From positions 1 to 43,563 of the IMG/VR virus record IMGVR_UViG_3300032232_001192: DNA of 43,563 nucleotides; one strand, given 5' to 3'. The translations under genes were made by a program, and so were the position numbers. Source of the DNA: a virus. Its lineage: Duplodnaviria > Caudoviricetes. Of this stretch, positions 7,255-14,845 are shown in pieces. A model generated the notes under the pieces. It worked only from the letters and a program-made list of their open reading frames with translations. It was not told the DNA's origin and ran no database searches. Each line of letters begins with the position of its first letter. The first letter of the stretch is position 1.

Positions 7255-7827
7255 TTATACTTGTAATAGTGTCATTCTGACACTGGGAGCACTGGGTCTG
7301 GCAGGTGGTATCACCACTGCTGGCAGTGCTACTAATTCTGAGTTTGCTTGGTCCGCATTCCACGCTATTTCTAGGTAATCACCCGATACCAATGGAAGTG
7401 TGAAGTTTATTGCAACAATAACTCCAGCACCAGCACTAGTAGTAATTACATCTGCTGCACTGTCTAATACGTCTAATCCATTCTTTCTCAACCAGAAAAA
7501 ACCAGTAGAAGCTGGACCAGCGGCTGTAGACTTGGTAAACTGTATAGTGGATTGCAAAGTATAGTTGCCCGTCTTGGAAACTGTCAACCTACTTCCGCCC
7601 TGTAAGGTTACACCCTGAGATAAGGTTGTACCATTCATGGTTACTATATTGATTGGTAGAGAGTTGGGCTGAGTAACACTGGAGTAGAAATATCCTACAT
7701 CTCCAGCAACAAATGTTCCTGTTGTAGAAATTACGCCGTTGGAGACAGCTATTCCACTCCCTACTTTTACTACTCCGAACTGAGAAACACTGGCTAGTGG
7801 TGTATTATAACTCATGTTACATTCCAC
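7255..7827 (-). CDS. fibre-like protein with BclA/C1q-like C-terminal domain
   Basis: Same N-terminal GVVKVGSGIAVSNGVIS motif; LTVSKTGNY...FWLRKNG...LVSGDYLEI jelly-roll pattern. Confidence 0.6.
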   Translation of the reverse strand: MECNMSYNTPLASVSQFGVVKVGSGIAVSNGVISTTGTFVAGDVGYFYSSVTQPNSLPINIVTMNGTTLSQGVTLQGGSRLTVSKTGNYTLQSTIQFTKSTAAGPASTGFFWLRKNGLDVLDSAADVITTSAGAGVIVAINFTLPLVSGDYLEIAWNADQANSELVALPAVVIPPARPSAPSVRMTLLQV

Positions 7828-8291
7828 TCTATGCCGTTGTAAATCAATCCAATACTACTCCAGTCTATATCTAAGACATAACTGGTTTCACCATCTATTG
7901 TGGATCCGGTTGTGATCACAGTAATGGGATTGGTATTAGCATCGCCAATACTGTCTTTAATTATGTAGCACTTTCCGATCACTCCGACGGGTAGTGTAAT
8001 TGTAACTGTATCGTCATAAATTACACCCAAAAAGTACTCGTCTACTGTTGGACTATAAGTGGATTGATCTATCAGTGTAACTGGCACATTACCCAATGAG
8101 CCTGTGTCACCTTTAGGACCTTGTGGACCGGGTGGTCCAGGCGGACCTGGTGGTCCGGGTTGTGTGCTATTGTAGTTTATCAATAGATCTAAATCATCTA
8201 CAGGCAGTACTCTGCATACTGGTAGTGGTGGTATTATTGTTACCGGCCAAGGCATGGGAAATGCTTGGCGTTGTCGTTGATTCATAGACAA
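7812..8291 (-). CDS. collagen-like protein with fibre beta-domain
   Basis: GPPGPPGPPGPQGPKGDTG repeat; C-terminal domain paralogous to 6831-7223. Confidence 0.7.
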   Translation of the reverse strand: MSMNQRQRQAFPMPWPVTIIPPLPVCRVLPVDDLDLLINYNSTQPGPPGPPGPPGPQGPKGDTGSLGNVPVTLIDQSTYSPTVDEYFLGVIYDDTVTITLPVGVIGKCYIIKDSIGDANTNPITVITTGSTIDGETSYVLDIDWSSIGLIYNGIEWNVT

Positions 8292-8298
8292 TCTCCTT

Positions 8299-8326
8299 AA
8301 AAGCCCAGTCCTTGTGAGACTGGGCT
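8299..8326 (-). terminator. Rho-independent terminator
   Basis: AGCCCAGTC-TCACAAG-GACTGGGCT-TTT. Confidence 0.75.
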
Positions 8327-8340
8327 AACACAAATTGAGA

Positions 8341-9102
8341 TTATCTGATACTTGTGTTGGTGTTGGTTGGGTTAGCAGTTAGTGTGCCGCTTCCAACGTT
8401 GATTGCGCCATTAGTAATGTTCTGGCCTAGAGCATAGATCAGATGCGCTAGTTGACTATACTGAGCCTGCTGTTGAGCTTGCTGCTGCATTTGATTAACA
8501 GTGGTTGTTGTGTTAACCTCTACACCTCGTGTACGCTCTGCGGTATCAAAACGAGATTGTAGTGCAATAATGTTTGCATTAGCATCGCTGAGTTGACGGT
8601 TTAAGCTGGCTTCGTACTGTGATGTAATTAGAGCACGAGTCTTGTCGCCATCATTGTTAATGTCTTGTGCCAACTGGTAACGGTTTTCCATTACTTGTTG
8701 TTGTACGCCATTAAGTTGCTGTGAAAGTAGCATAGCAGTAGCATTAACTGCTTCTTTGGTACCGTCAACGCGAGTTGCCAATGAGCCTGTTTGTGCATTG
8801 AGCTGGTTTGTAAAAGCAATGGTTTGATTGGCTTGACTAGCTTCCATGGCTGCTGTTGAAACAGCTACTGCCTTGTCTACTTGACCAATGCTTTGCATTA
8901 GGCTCATGTTGGCTTGAACTTGCTCTGGAGGTGAGCGTAATACTGCTCCGCCTGCTGCATCGCCATTCCCGCCGAAAAGGTTTCCGTTGTTGCGGAGTAG
9001 GCTGCCCAAAATTAGACCACCAATCAATCCGCCGCCACCGCCAAAAAGGCCGTCGCCACCTCCGCTCATCATCATACCACTTGGATTTAGAATTTCTGCC
9101 AT
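8341..9102 (-). CDS. Gly-rich N-terminal / Gln-rich coiled-coil protein
   Basis: GGGGGLIGGLILGSLL hydrophobic segment followed by a long helical Q/N/A-rich region. Confidence 0.75.
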   Translation of the reverse strand: MAEILNPSGMMMSGGGDGLFGGGGGLIGGLILGSLLRNNGNLFGGNGDAAGGAVLRSPPEQVQANMSLMQSIGQVDKAVAVSTAAMEASQANQTIAFTNQLNAQTGSLATRVDGTKEAVNATAMLLSQQLNGVQQQVMENRYQLAQDINNDGDKTRALITSQYEASLNRQLSDANANIIALQSRFDTAERTRGVEVNTTTTVNQMQQQAQQQAQYSQLAHLIYALGQNITNGAINVGSGTLTANPTNTNTSIR

Positions 9103-9180
9103 TGTATTCCCCTTTATTTTTATTTTAGTTGGGTTAATAAACAGCAGTTAAGGCCGGCAAGCCTTAGCTGCCGACCACAA

Positions 9181-9378
9181 TCAAACGACCGTGGGTTTCT
9201 TGACTATATGTTCGTATTCTTCGATGGTGAGCGGATCTGTGTCTTTACTCATCCACGCTAAATTGTTTGTTATCCAGTCAAAATCAGCTGGCGTCACTTT
9301 GGGATCTTTGACAAACTCAAACAATTTTTTCATCAATTGTGGAGTGAGTTCAATCTCCATTCGTTTGTATTTTGACAT
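9181..9378 (-). CDS. hypothetical protein (paralog of 9380-9568)
   Basis: L..LFEF....D...I..N....LT..EY..I pattern shared with its neighbour. Confidence 0.7.
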   Translation of the reverse strand: MSKYKRMEIELTPQLMKKLFEFVKDPKVTPADFDWITNNLAWMSKDTDPLTIEEYEHIVKKPTVV

Positions 9379-9379
9379 A

Positions 9380-9568
9380 TCAAGTTCCCTGTAGGATGTT
9401 GTCGTAATCCTTCATTGTGAGATGGGACTTGTGGTCTCCACATTTTACAACATTTTCTGCTATAAAGTGTAGATCTAGGTCTGAGTTTGCATCTTCTCGT
9501 GCAAATTCTAACAGCCTAATAAATAGTGGCACACTCAGGGCCACTGCATAATCTTCTATTGTTGACAT
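9380..9568 (-). CDS. hypothetical protein
   Basis: VPLFIRLLEFAREDA..DLDLH..AE...LTMKDYDNI; AAGGA RBS. Confidence 0.7.
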   Translation of the reverse strand: MSTIEDYAVALSVPLFIRLLEFAREDANSDLDLHFIAENVVKCGDHKSHLTMKDYDNILQGT

Positions 9569-9677
9569 AAGATATCCTTGTTGTTATTATTTTTTGGATC
9601 CTATGCGTGGTATGTTCCACACATTTTTTAGCCTGTTATTAACATTGTTAAAATGAAACAATTGGCTAAAAAATAAG

Positions 9678-9754
9678 TGGTGCCCCAGAGGAGACTCGAA
9701 CTCCTAAAATTCGGCTTCTAAGGCCGACACGTATACCAATTCCGTCACCGGGGC
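9678..9754 (-). tRNA. tRNA-Leu(TAG) with short variable loop
   Basis: GCCCCGG/CTGGGGC-A-CCA, TCGGC-CTTAGAA-GCCGA, variable loop only ATTTT. Confidence 0.88.
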
Positions 9755-9757
9755 GAT

Positions 9758-9845
9758 TGGTGGAAAGTGAAGGAATCGAACCTAACTGCCGCCACCATTC
9801 ATATTATGGCAAGTGATTTACAGTCACCCGAATGGAGCACTTTCC
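9758..9845 (-). tRNA. D-armless tRNA-Tyr(GTA)-like RNA
   Basis: GGAAAGT/ACTTTCC-A-CCA, GGTGA-CTGTAAA-TCACT, GGTTCGATTCC; only 10 nt where the D-arm should be. Confidence 0.6.
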
Positions 9846-9846
9846 G

Positions 9847-10044
9847 TTAAATTGTGCTTTTGTAAGTCCTAATAGCTTCACTATCAAGACTACAGTAGAC
9901 TCTGAACTTGTCACGACCAACCTCGTCGTAGAAGCGATTTGCCATGGATTCCAATTCAACCAGTTGGTCGATGGTAATAAGTGAACAGGTCAAGAACCTG
10001 CTCATGAATGCGTCGATCAAGAAGTCTTTGTTATAACCTGCCAT
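9847..10044 (-). CDS. hypothetical protein
   Basis: MAGYNKDFLIDAF...; GGGGTG RBS; the longer start overlaps tRNA-Arg. Confidence 0.7.
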   Translation of the reverse strand: MAGYNKDFLIDAFMSRFLTCSLITIDQLVELESMANRFYDEVGRDKFRVYCSLDSEAIRTYKSTI

Positions 10045-10056
10045 GAACACCCCATT

Positions 10057-10131
10057 TGGTCGAGCCACCAGGAATCGAACCTGGATTGACGGCTTAGAAG
10101 GCCGTTGTTCTATCCGTTGAACTATGGCCCG
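10057..10131 (-). tRNA. tRNA-Arg(TCT)
   Basis: ACGGC-CTTCTAA-GCCGT, A20 in D-loop, encoded CCA. Confidence 0.92.
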
Positions 10132-10152
10132 AAAGATTCTATTATAGAGACT

Positions 10153-11160
10153 TCAGTGACCCATTTCAAGACAGAATTTATTGGCTGCCAAGTTCTTCAT
10201 CTTCGACTCCAGCATAATATCATGTGTGTTAACAAACTGATAACACCAACGATTACTGGCCATATTCCAATAATAATCACTATGAGCACGTAGTTGTGTT
10301 TTTGTGTATCCATGAACGCCCACCAATTCGTTTAGATCTGGCAGGAGATCAGAATCCCAATACTCACCGATGTGTTCTTCTCGGCTGCAAGAGTAGTGAA
10401 TGACGGGACGAACGCCGCGCCAAGATTCCATCATCCTTAAGACTCGTGGGTCAGAGGGCTCGATATACTCGCCTGTTCTGATCCAGTGATGGTGAATGTC
10501 TAAGACAAGGGCAACTTCATCAACCAGTTCTAGACTGGCTTCAATGCCCCACTTGAACTCGTCGTTTTCGACAGTGATAACATTACGGGCTTCACGGCTC
10601 AACTTCTTGAGCGCAGCTTTAAAGCCAGTCGGACCAGCCTTGCCGCCGATGTGAATATTGCACTTGAAGTCCTGAAAGCTCTTGCCGAAACCCATGTAGC
10701 GGATCAGGTCAACGTGATACTCAAATTCTTGGATTGAGTTCTCCACAACTTGAGGGTTCTCGGAACCCAATACACAGAACTGGCCGGGGTGGAAACTTAA
10801 ACGAACGTCTAGTTCACGAGCACGGTTACCCACTTTCATCAGCTCACGCTCTAGAAAACTCACTGTGTTGCTTTCCCAGTAGAACCAGCTCCAGTCGTCG
10901 TGAGTGTAGGCTGGTAGTACATCGCTAGAGATGCGAAGCATGCGTCTGCCGTGTGTTAGTGACCCCACATAGTTTACCTGACTCAGCAATGCCACGATGT
11001 TGTGCTTCATCAAGTCTGTCAATTTATCAACAGCTTTTTGCCGTGGGGCTGAATTCAACCATGTAATTGTGGTAGTTTTGATGTTGGGAACTGGTAGTTC
11101 TTCGAACTTACAGGCAAAGCCGACGCGATGGTGATCTTGATTAAACATAATTGTTGACAA
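10153..11160 (-). CDS. uvsE: UV damage endonuclease
   Basis: GFAC, RISSD, RLSFHPGQF, ENDE, LDIHHH, RAHSD, DIMLESK motifs of the UVDE family. Confidence 0.92.
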   Translation of the reverse strand: MSTIMFNQDHHRVGFACKFEELPVPNIKTTTITWLNSAPRQKAVDKLTDLMKHNIVALLSQVNYVGSLTHGRRMLRISSDVLPAYTHDDWSWFYWESNTVSFLERELMKVGNRARELDVRLSFHPGQFCVLGSENPQVVENSIQEFEYHVDLIRYMGFGKSFQDFKCNIHIGGKAGPTGFKAALKKLSREARNVITVENDEFKWGIEASLELVDEVALVLDIHHHWIRTGEYIEPSDPRVLRMMESWRGVRPVIHYSCSREEHIGEYWDSDLLPDLNELVGVHGYTKTQLRAHSDYYWNMASNRWCYQFVNTHDIMLESKMKNLAANKFCLEMGH

Positions 11161-11195
11161 TTAAAACACTATTATAATGTCTTTTAACAGTTCAA

Positions 11196-13010
11196 TCAAG
11201 TGTAAGTTTTTGTTAACCAATCCAATTGAGTTCTGGAGTCGTTGTTGGTAAACCACTTTTGTTCTTTTGAAAATAGGATTAAACTTTCAAAGTATTCTCT
11301 GTACATTTTGCCTATCTTTTTCATGTTGTAGTTGCTCTCACTCCAACGACGACAGTCAATAGGTTGAATGTTCTCAATGTTTTTAGCTGCCCAGCAAAAT
11401 TGTTCAAAAGTTCTGCAACGATAACCAGTTTTGCCGTGTAACACAGTTTCTGTAAATCCACCCCAGTCTGTGCAAATAACTGGGGTGCCACTCAACTGAG
11501 CTTCAATGGCAACAAAACCAAATGGCTCTGTGTACAATGTGGGACAAAACAATCCTTTAGCACGGCTCATGTAGTATTTACGTTTTTCTACATCTGCGTA
11601 TCCCAAGAACTTTACATTGGGCGGCCAACCATCTTCAAATCCTAAACTTTTAGGGTCGGATCCTGTTCCCAGTATAATTAACTCTGCACCTATGTGCTTA
11701 CACACGTTTACTGCAATGTGTGTGCCTTTTCCCATTCCCAGTCTGCCTATGTGTAGAAAGAAGTCTTCTTTCTTTGAACGGTACTCAAATTGTTCCAACT
11801 TAAAAGCGGAAGGTATTACTGGCTGATAGAAATTGTTTACTATATTGGTTGTAGACTCTGGGCCGCTCATCAAGTGCAGCATTGCATATGACTCGTACAC
11901 CCTGAAATCTGCAAATTGACTAGGATAGCCTATACTTGCTTCACATCCAAATAGGTCCGGATGTGCGTCCAATACCACTTTTTGTTGACCCCCCCAGTAT
12001 GTCAATATAAAGTCGCCCGGCTGTTTTCTTTTTTCTATTTCAATTATAGAATTTTGAAAACACTCGTCGTACACTTTGTTAGTGCCTGTCGACTCGTAGG
12101 CTAAGCCATTAGTCTTCCAGTCTTGGTTACCATAGATTTCATCATAAGTTTGTCTAGAAACCACAGGTACATGTTCGTCACAGTCTACTTCACTGTCTGG
12201 ATGGCCATAGTGTATTACTTCCATGCCTTCAGCTCTAAACATCTCACAGGAGTTCAATAGCTTTTGTGTAAAAGCACAGCAAGCATATTCTCTGGTAGAC
12301 TTGGTGTGTGGTACTCCCAATACGTGTAGTCGTATTTTCATTCTTTGATTTGATACATAGGAATAACTTTGTGGGTAATTAAACTCCCAACTCTCTCCCC
12401 AAACTGTTGACTTTCGCAACCAGCCAATAGCTGCACCTGGATCCATCAATAACAGTGGAACTTTAGATACTTTTTCAGGCTTGTCTCTTAAAAAGTACAT
12501 GTTGTCTATTGACTCTATGCAGCCAACAGCTTTTAGTTCTTCTAACAACTGTGTGGCCGTGTTACTGGTTAAGGCATAGGCATGAGCACCGCTGTGAGCA
12601 TTGATACTGATTAGTTCTTTTGGAGGTCCTGCAGTTTTGTGGTCGTATTCTTTAGGTGTTTTACTCTTGTAGCCTAAAACCACAAGATGGTCGTCTGGTA
12701 TTTCAATGGGGCTGTGCAACATGATGCCATCATGTTCAAAGATTGCAGCAGCAATACCCTGTTCTGCAATCTTTTGCCATAATAAGTAGTGGCTTACTGT
12801 AACACAGGCTGCTGCATCACTCTGTCTGTGGTGTAGCTCTACTTTGAAGGGCAATCTACCATACGCTTCGTCTTGGGTCAATCCTTCTACACCATAGAAG
12901 TATTCCCAAGGTATGCCCAATTCTTGACAAGACTTTGCAGCGGTTTCTGAGTACCAGTCTGACAGTGTGTTATTTATCTTTAGGATAAATACTTTTTCTA
13001 TTTTGTGCAT
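11196..13010 (-). CDS. fused glycosyltransferase (GT25-like N-domain + GT4/GT-B C-domain)
   Basis: N: ACVTVSHYLLWQKI...IFEHDG...GAHAYAL (GT25-like). C: HIGRLGMGKG...EPFGFVAIEAQLSGTPVI...ETVLHGKTG (GT4). Confidence 0.85.
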   Translation of the reverse strand: MHKIEKVFILKINNTLSDWYSETAAKSCQELGIPWEYFYGVEGLTQDEAYGRLPFKVELHHRQSDAAACVTVSHYLLWQKIAEQGIAAAIFEHDGIMLHSPIEIPDDHLVVLGYKSKTPKEYDHKTAGPPKELISINAHSGAHAYALTSNTATQLLEELKAVGCIESIDNMYFLRDKPEKVSKVPLLLMDPGAAIGWLRKSTVWGESWEFNYPQSYSYVSNQRMKIRLHVLGVPHTKSTREYACCAFTQKLLNSCEMFRAEGMEVIHYGHPDSEVDCDEHVPVVSRQTYDEIYGNQDWKTNGLAYESTGTNKVYDECFQNSIIEIEKRKQPGDFILTYWGGQQKVVLDAHPDLFGCEASIGYPSQFADFRVYESYAMLHLMSGPESTTNIVNNFYQPVIPSAFKLEQFEYRSKKEDFFLHIGRLGMGKGTHIAVNVCKHIGAELIILGTGSDPKSLGFEDGWPPNVKFLGYADVEKRKYYMSRAKGLFCPTLYTEPFGFVAIEAQLSGTPVICTDWGGFTETVLHGKTGYRCRTFEQFCWAAKNIENIQPIDCRRWSESNYNMKKIGKMYREYFESLILFSKEQKWFTNNDSRTQLDWLTKTYT

Positions 13011-13606
13011 TAGGTATTACTTAAATAAAATGCCTTGCTAAAACCGAGTGGTGTCATACTTCGTAGTTCTTTTGTTCTTTCGCTCTTGCCGCCCAGCTTC
13101 ATGATGGGTGAATTACCAAGAGATGGCTCAACTGGCTTCTTCTCAGGGATGTTGAAGTTTCCCCACAGTCCTGTACGTTTGTTGTAGGCCTCGGTTGCCG
13201 GATCATCCAAATAGCCAGCAAACTCGCAGGGATTGAAATACCATGGCGTTCCCAACTCAGGGAACAATTTGTTCAAACGGCCCACAGGGTTTTCAATTGC
13301 CCAAACACGCGGGTTGTAGTACTCCACCAGTTCTAGGGTCTTGGTTACCAGGTCCATGCTAGCCTCAGTACGACCATCGTTGTCTTTGGCCTTCCAGTAC
13401 TGAGCCCCGCTTGAGGCAAAGTCAGTACAAGGTGGGGCAGCTAAGATAATTCCTATTTCTCTAGCAGGGATGTCGTCTGGAGTAAGGTCCAGTATGTTGA
13501 TGCCTAGCTTGATGTCTACTTGGTAAACTTCGTAGCCTCTTTCACGATACGGACTACTCCATCGACCACTAAAGTCAAACAATGATAATACTGTTTTACA
13601 ATCCAT
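13010..13606 (-). CDS. short DNA cytosine-5 methyltransferase-like protein
   Basis: VLSLFD..G motif I, AAPPCTDF motif IV, IENPVGR motif VI. Confidence 0.75.
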   Translation of the reverse strand: MDCKTVLSLFDFSGRWSSPYRERGYEVYQVDIKLGINILDLTPDDIPAREIGIILAAPPCTDFASSGAQYWKAKDNDGRTEASMDLVTKTLELVEYYNPRVWAIENPVGRLNKLFPELGTPWYFNPCEFAGYLDDPATEAYNKRTGLWGNFNIPEKKPVEPSLGNSPIMKLGGKSERTKELRSMTPLGFSKAFYLSNT

Positions 13607-13802
13607 AAAAACGATTGCATACTTTGCAGATTGGGTTGCCGTCCAAGTCCGGAATCAGTTCAACACTCTTGTACCAGATTGAACAGTTACTACAAGTCTC
13701 TAAATTTGGGATTTCTGCATCTTCGACAGGAATCCCAAATTGTTCACACGCCTCTAACAGAGTGATCTTTTTACGGTAGATAGCACTCTCTATTTCAGTC
13801 AT
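13596..13802 (-). CDS. small Zn-finger protein
   Basis: CSNC...CKVC. Confidence 0.65.
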   Translation of the reverse strand: MTEIESAIYRKKITLLEACEQFGIPVEDAEIPNLETCSNCSIWYKSVELIPDLDGNPICKVCNRFYGL

Positions 13803-14272
13803 CTCTTAAATCTGTCATCGTTGTTGTATCGGGTTTTGTACCGATTGTAGTAAATCAAGAATATAACATTGCAGCCTGCGTGGGCCAGGTGGCTCAAACC
13901 ACTCTCAGGGTCCAAGTCCTCGCCACGACTCCATGCAAACAGGTGTCGGAACAGTGAGCTCAACACGCGGGTATAACGGAAACCATCGCCTTGTGTCCAG
14001 TTGTGGGCACTGTACTTCTTTGCCCCAAACTCTAACACCTTGTTGATTTCTTCTACCGCCTCGAACGGCATCAAACTCCAGTCCGTTTTCCCACTGTCAT
14101 GTTTAACTGCACTGGACTCAATTTTAGGGTCTGGTACTGTGTCCACAGTAACCGTAGATAAAACAGGCGAACTGTCTTGTACTGTGATGGTAACACAGTC
14201 GTCTCCATGAGGGGGAAATGGGTGGTCAAAGTCTTTCCAGAACTGACGTAGGTGAAGTGTTGGGTTGTCCAT
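13799..14272 (-). CDS. dATP/dGTP diphosphohydrolase-domain protein (DUF5664-like)
   Basis: KHDSGKTDWSL..FGAKKYSAHNW..RHL..W..GEDLDPESGLSHLAHA..N; start placed at ATG 14272. Confidence 0.85.
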   Translation of the reverse strand: MDNPTLHLRQFWKDFDHPFPPHGDDCVTITVQDSSPVLSTVTVDTVPDPKIESSAVKHDSGKTDWSLMPFEAVEEINKVLEFGAKKYSAHNWTQGDGFRYTRVLSSLFRHLFAWSRGEDLDPESGLSHLAHAGCNVIFLIYYNRYKTRYNNDDRFKR

Positions 14273-14289
14273 GGTTTTAGATTGGTTGT

Positions 14290-14536
14290 ATATTAGGAGC
14301 CCGGGATTGCACCGGGCACACAGATGGCCATCTGTGTTGCAGATCTTACCCTCTAGCTCGGTACCAACCTCACGTTGGTCAAAACAGCTTTTGAGCACAC
14401 AGATCTCTGCTGTTGGGTAGAGCTACTGTACTAGTTTCGGACAGTCTGTATAGTTCCGTCCTCATGAGATACAGCTTACGGACAGTTTAGTTTTTTCCTG
14501 GCTTTCGCTCGTGCGAGGTAAACGTCAAAACCCCAG
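14290..14536 (-). ncRNA. putative structured intergenic RNA containing a hammerhead-like core
   Basis: Stacked hairpins (GCCCGG/CCGGGC, CACAGATG/CATCTGTG, ACCAAC/GTTGGT); CTCATGA-GGACGG...CTGTCC-GAAA. Confidence 0.4.
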
Positions 14537-14788
14537 CTAGGTATTCAGTGGCCATGGTTTAAAGAGGGCCGGCTCTTTGCGGGATAGCTTGTCTACGATG
14601 GGCATTTCCAACACTGGTTTGCCGCCGCCAACCAGCTTGTAATACTTGTGGTATATGGGCAGCAACTTACTGCACAAGTTTTCAAGGTCTCTAACGTACT
14701 GGGTGTCGTGGTTCATGATGGTATCCTCGCTATTTCGTATTATAGCACCATACCTGGCCCCACGCAAATCAAAAATTCTTTTGCTCAT
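14537..14788 (-). CDS. hypothetical protein
   Basis: 83 aa ORF after the terminator; start uncertain. Confidence 0.55.
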   Translation of the reverse strand: MSKRIFDLRGARYGAIIRNSEDTIMNHDTQYVRDLENLCSKLLPIYHKYYKLVGGGKPVLEMPIVDKLSRKEPALFKPWPLNT

Positions 14789-14807
14789 AGATTAAATTTA
14801 GATAAAA

Positions 14808-14845
14808 CAAAAGCCACCATGCCTTTAACAGCAGGGTGGCTTTTG
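14808..14845. terminator. bidirectional Rho-independent terminator
   Basis: CAAAAGCCACC...GGTGGCTTTTG. Confidence 0.8.

Noticed and set aside
14273-14398. N-terminal extension of the 199-aa ORF
   Set aside because: Runs through a hairpin-dense spacer from a GTG start; ATG 14272 is more plausible
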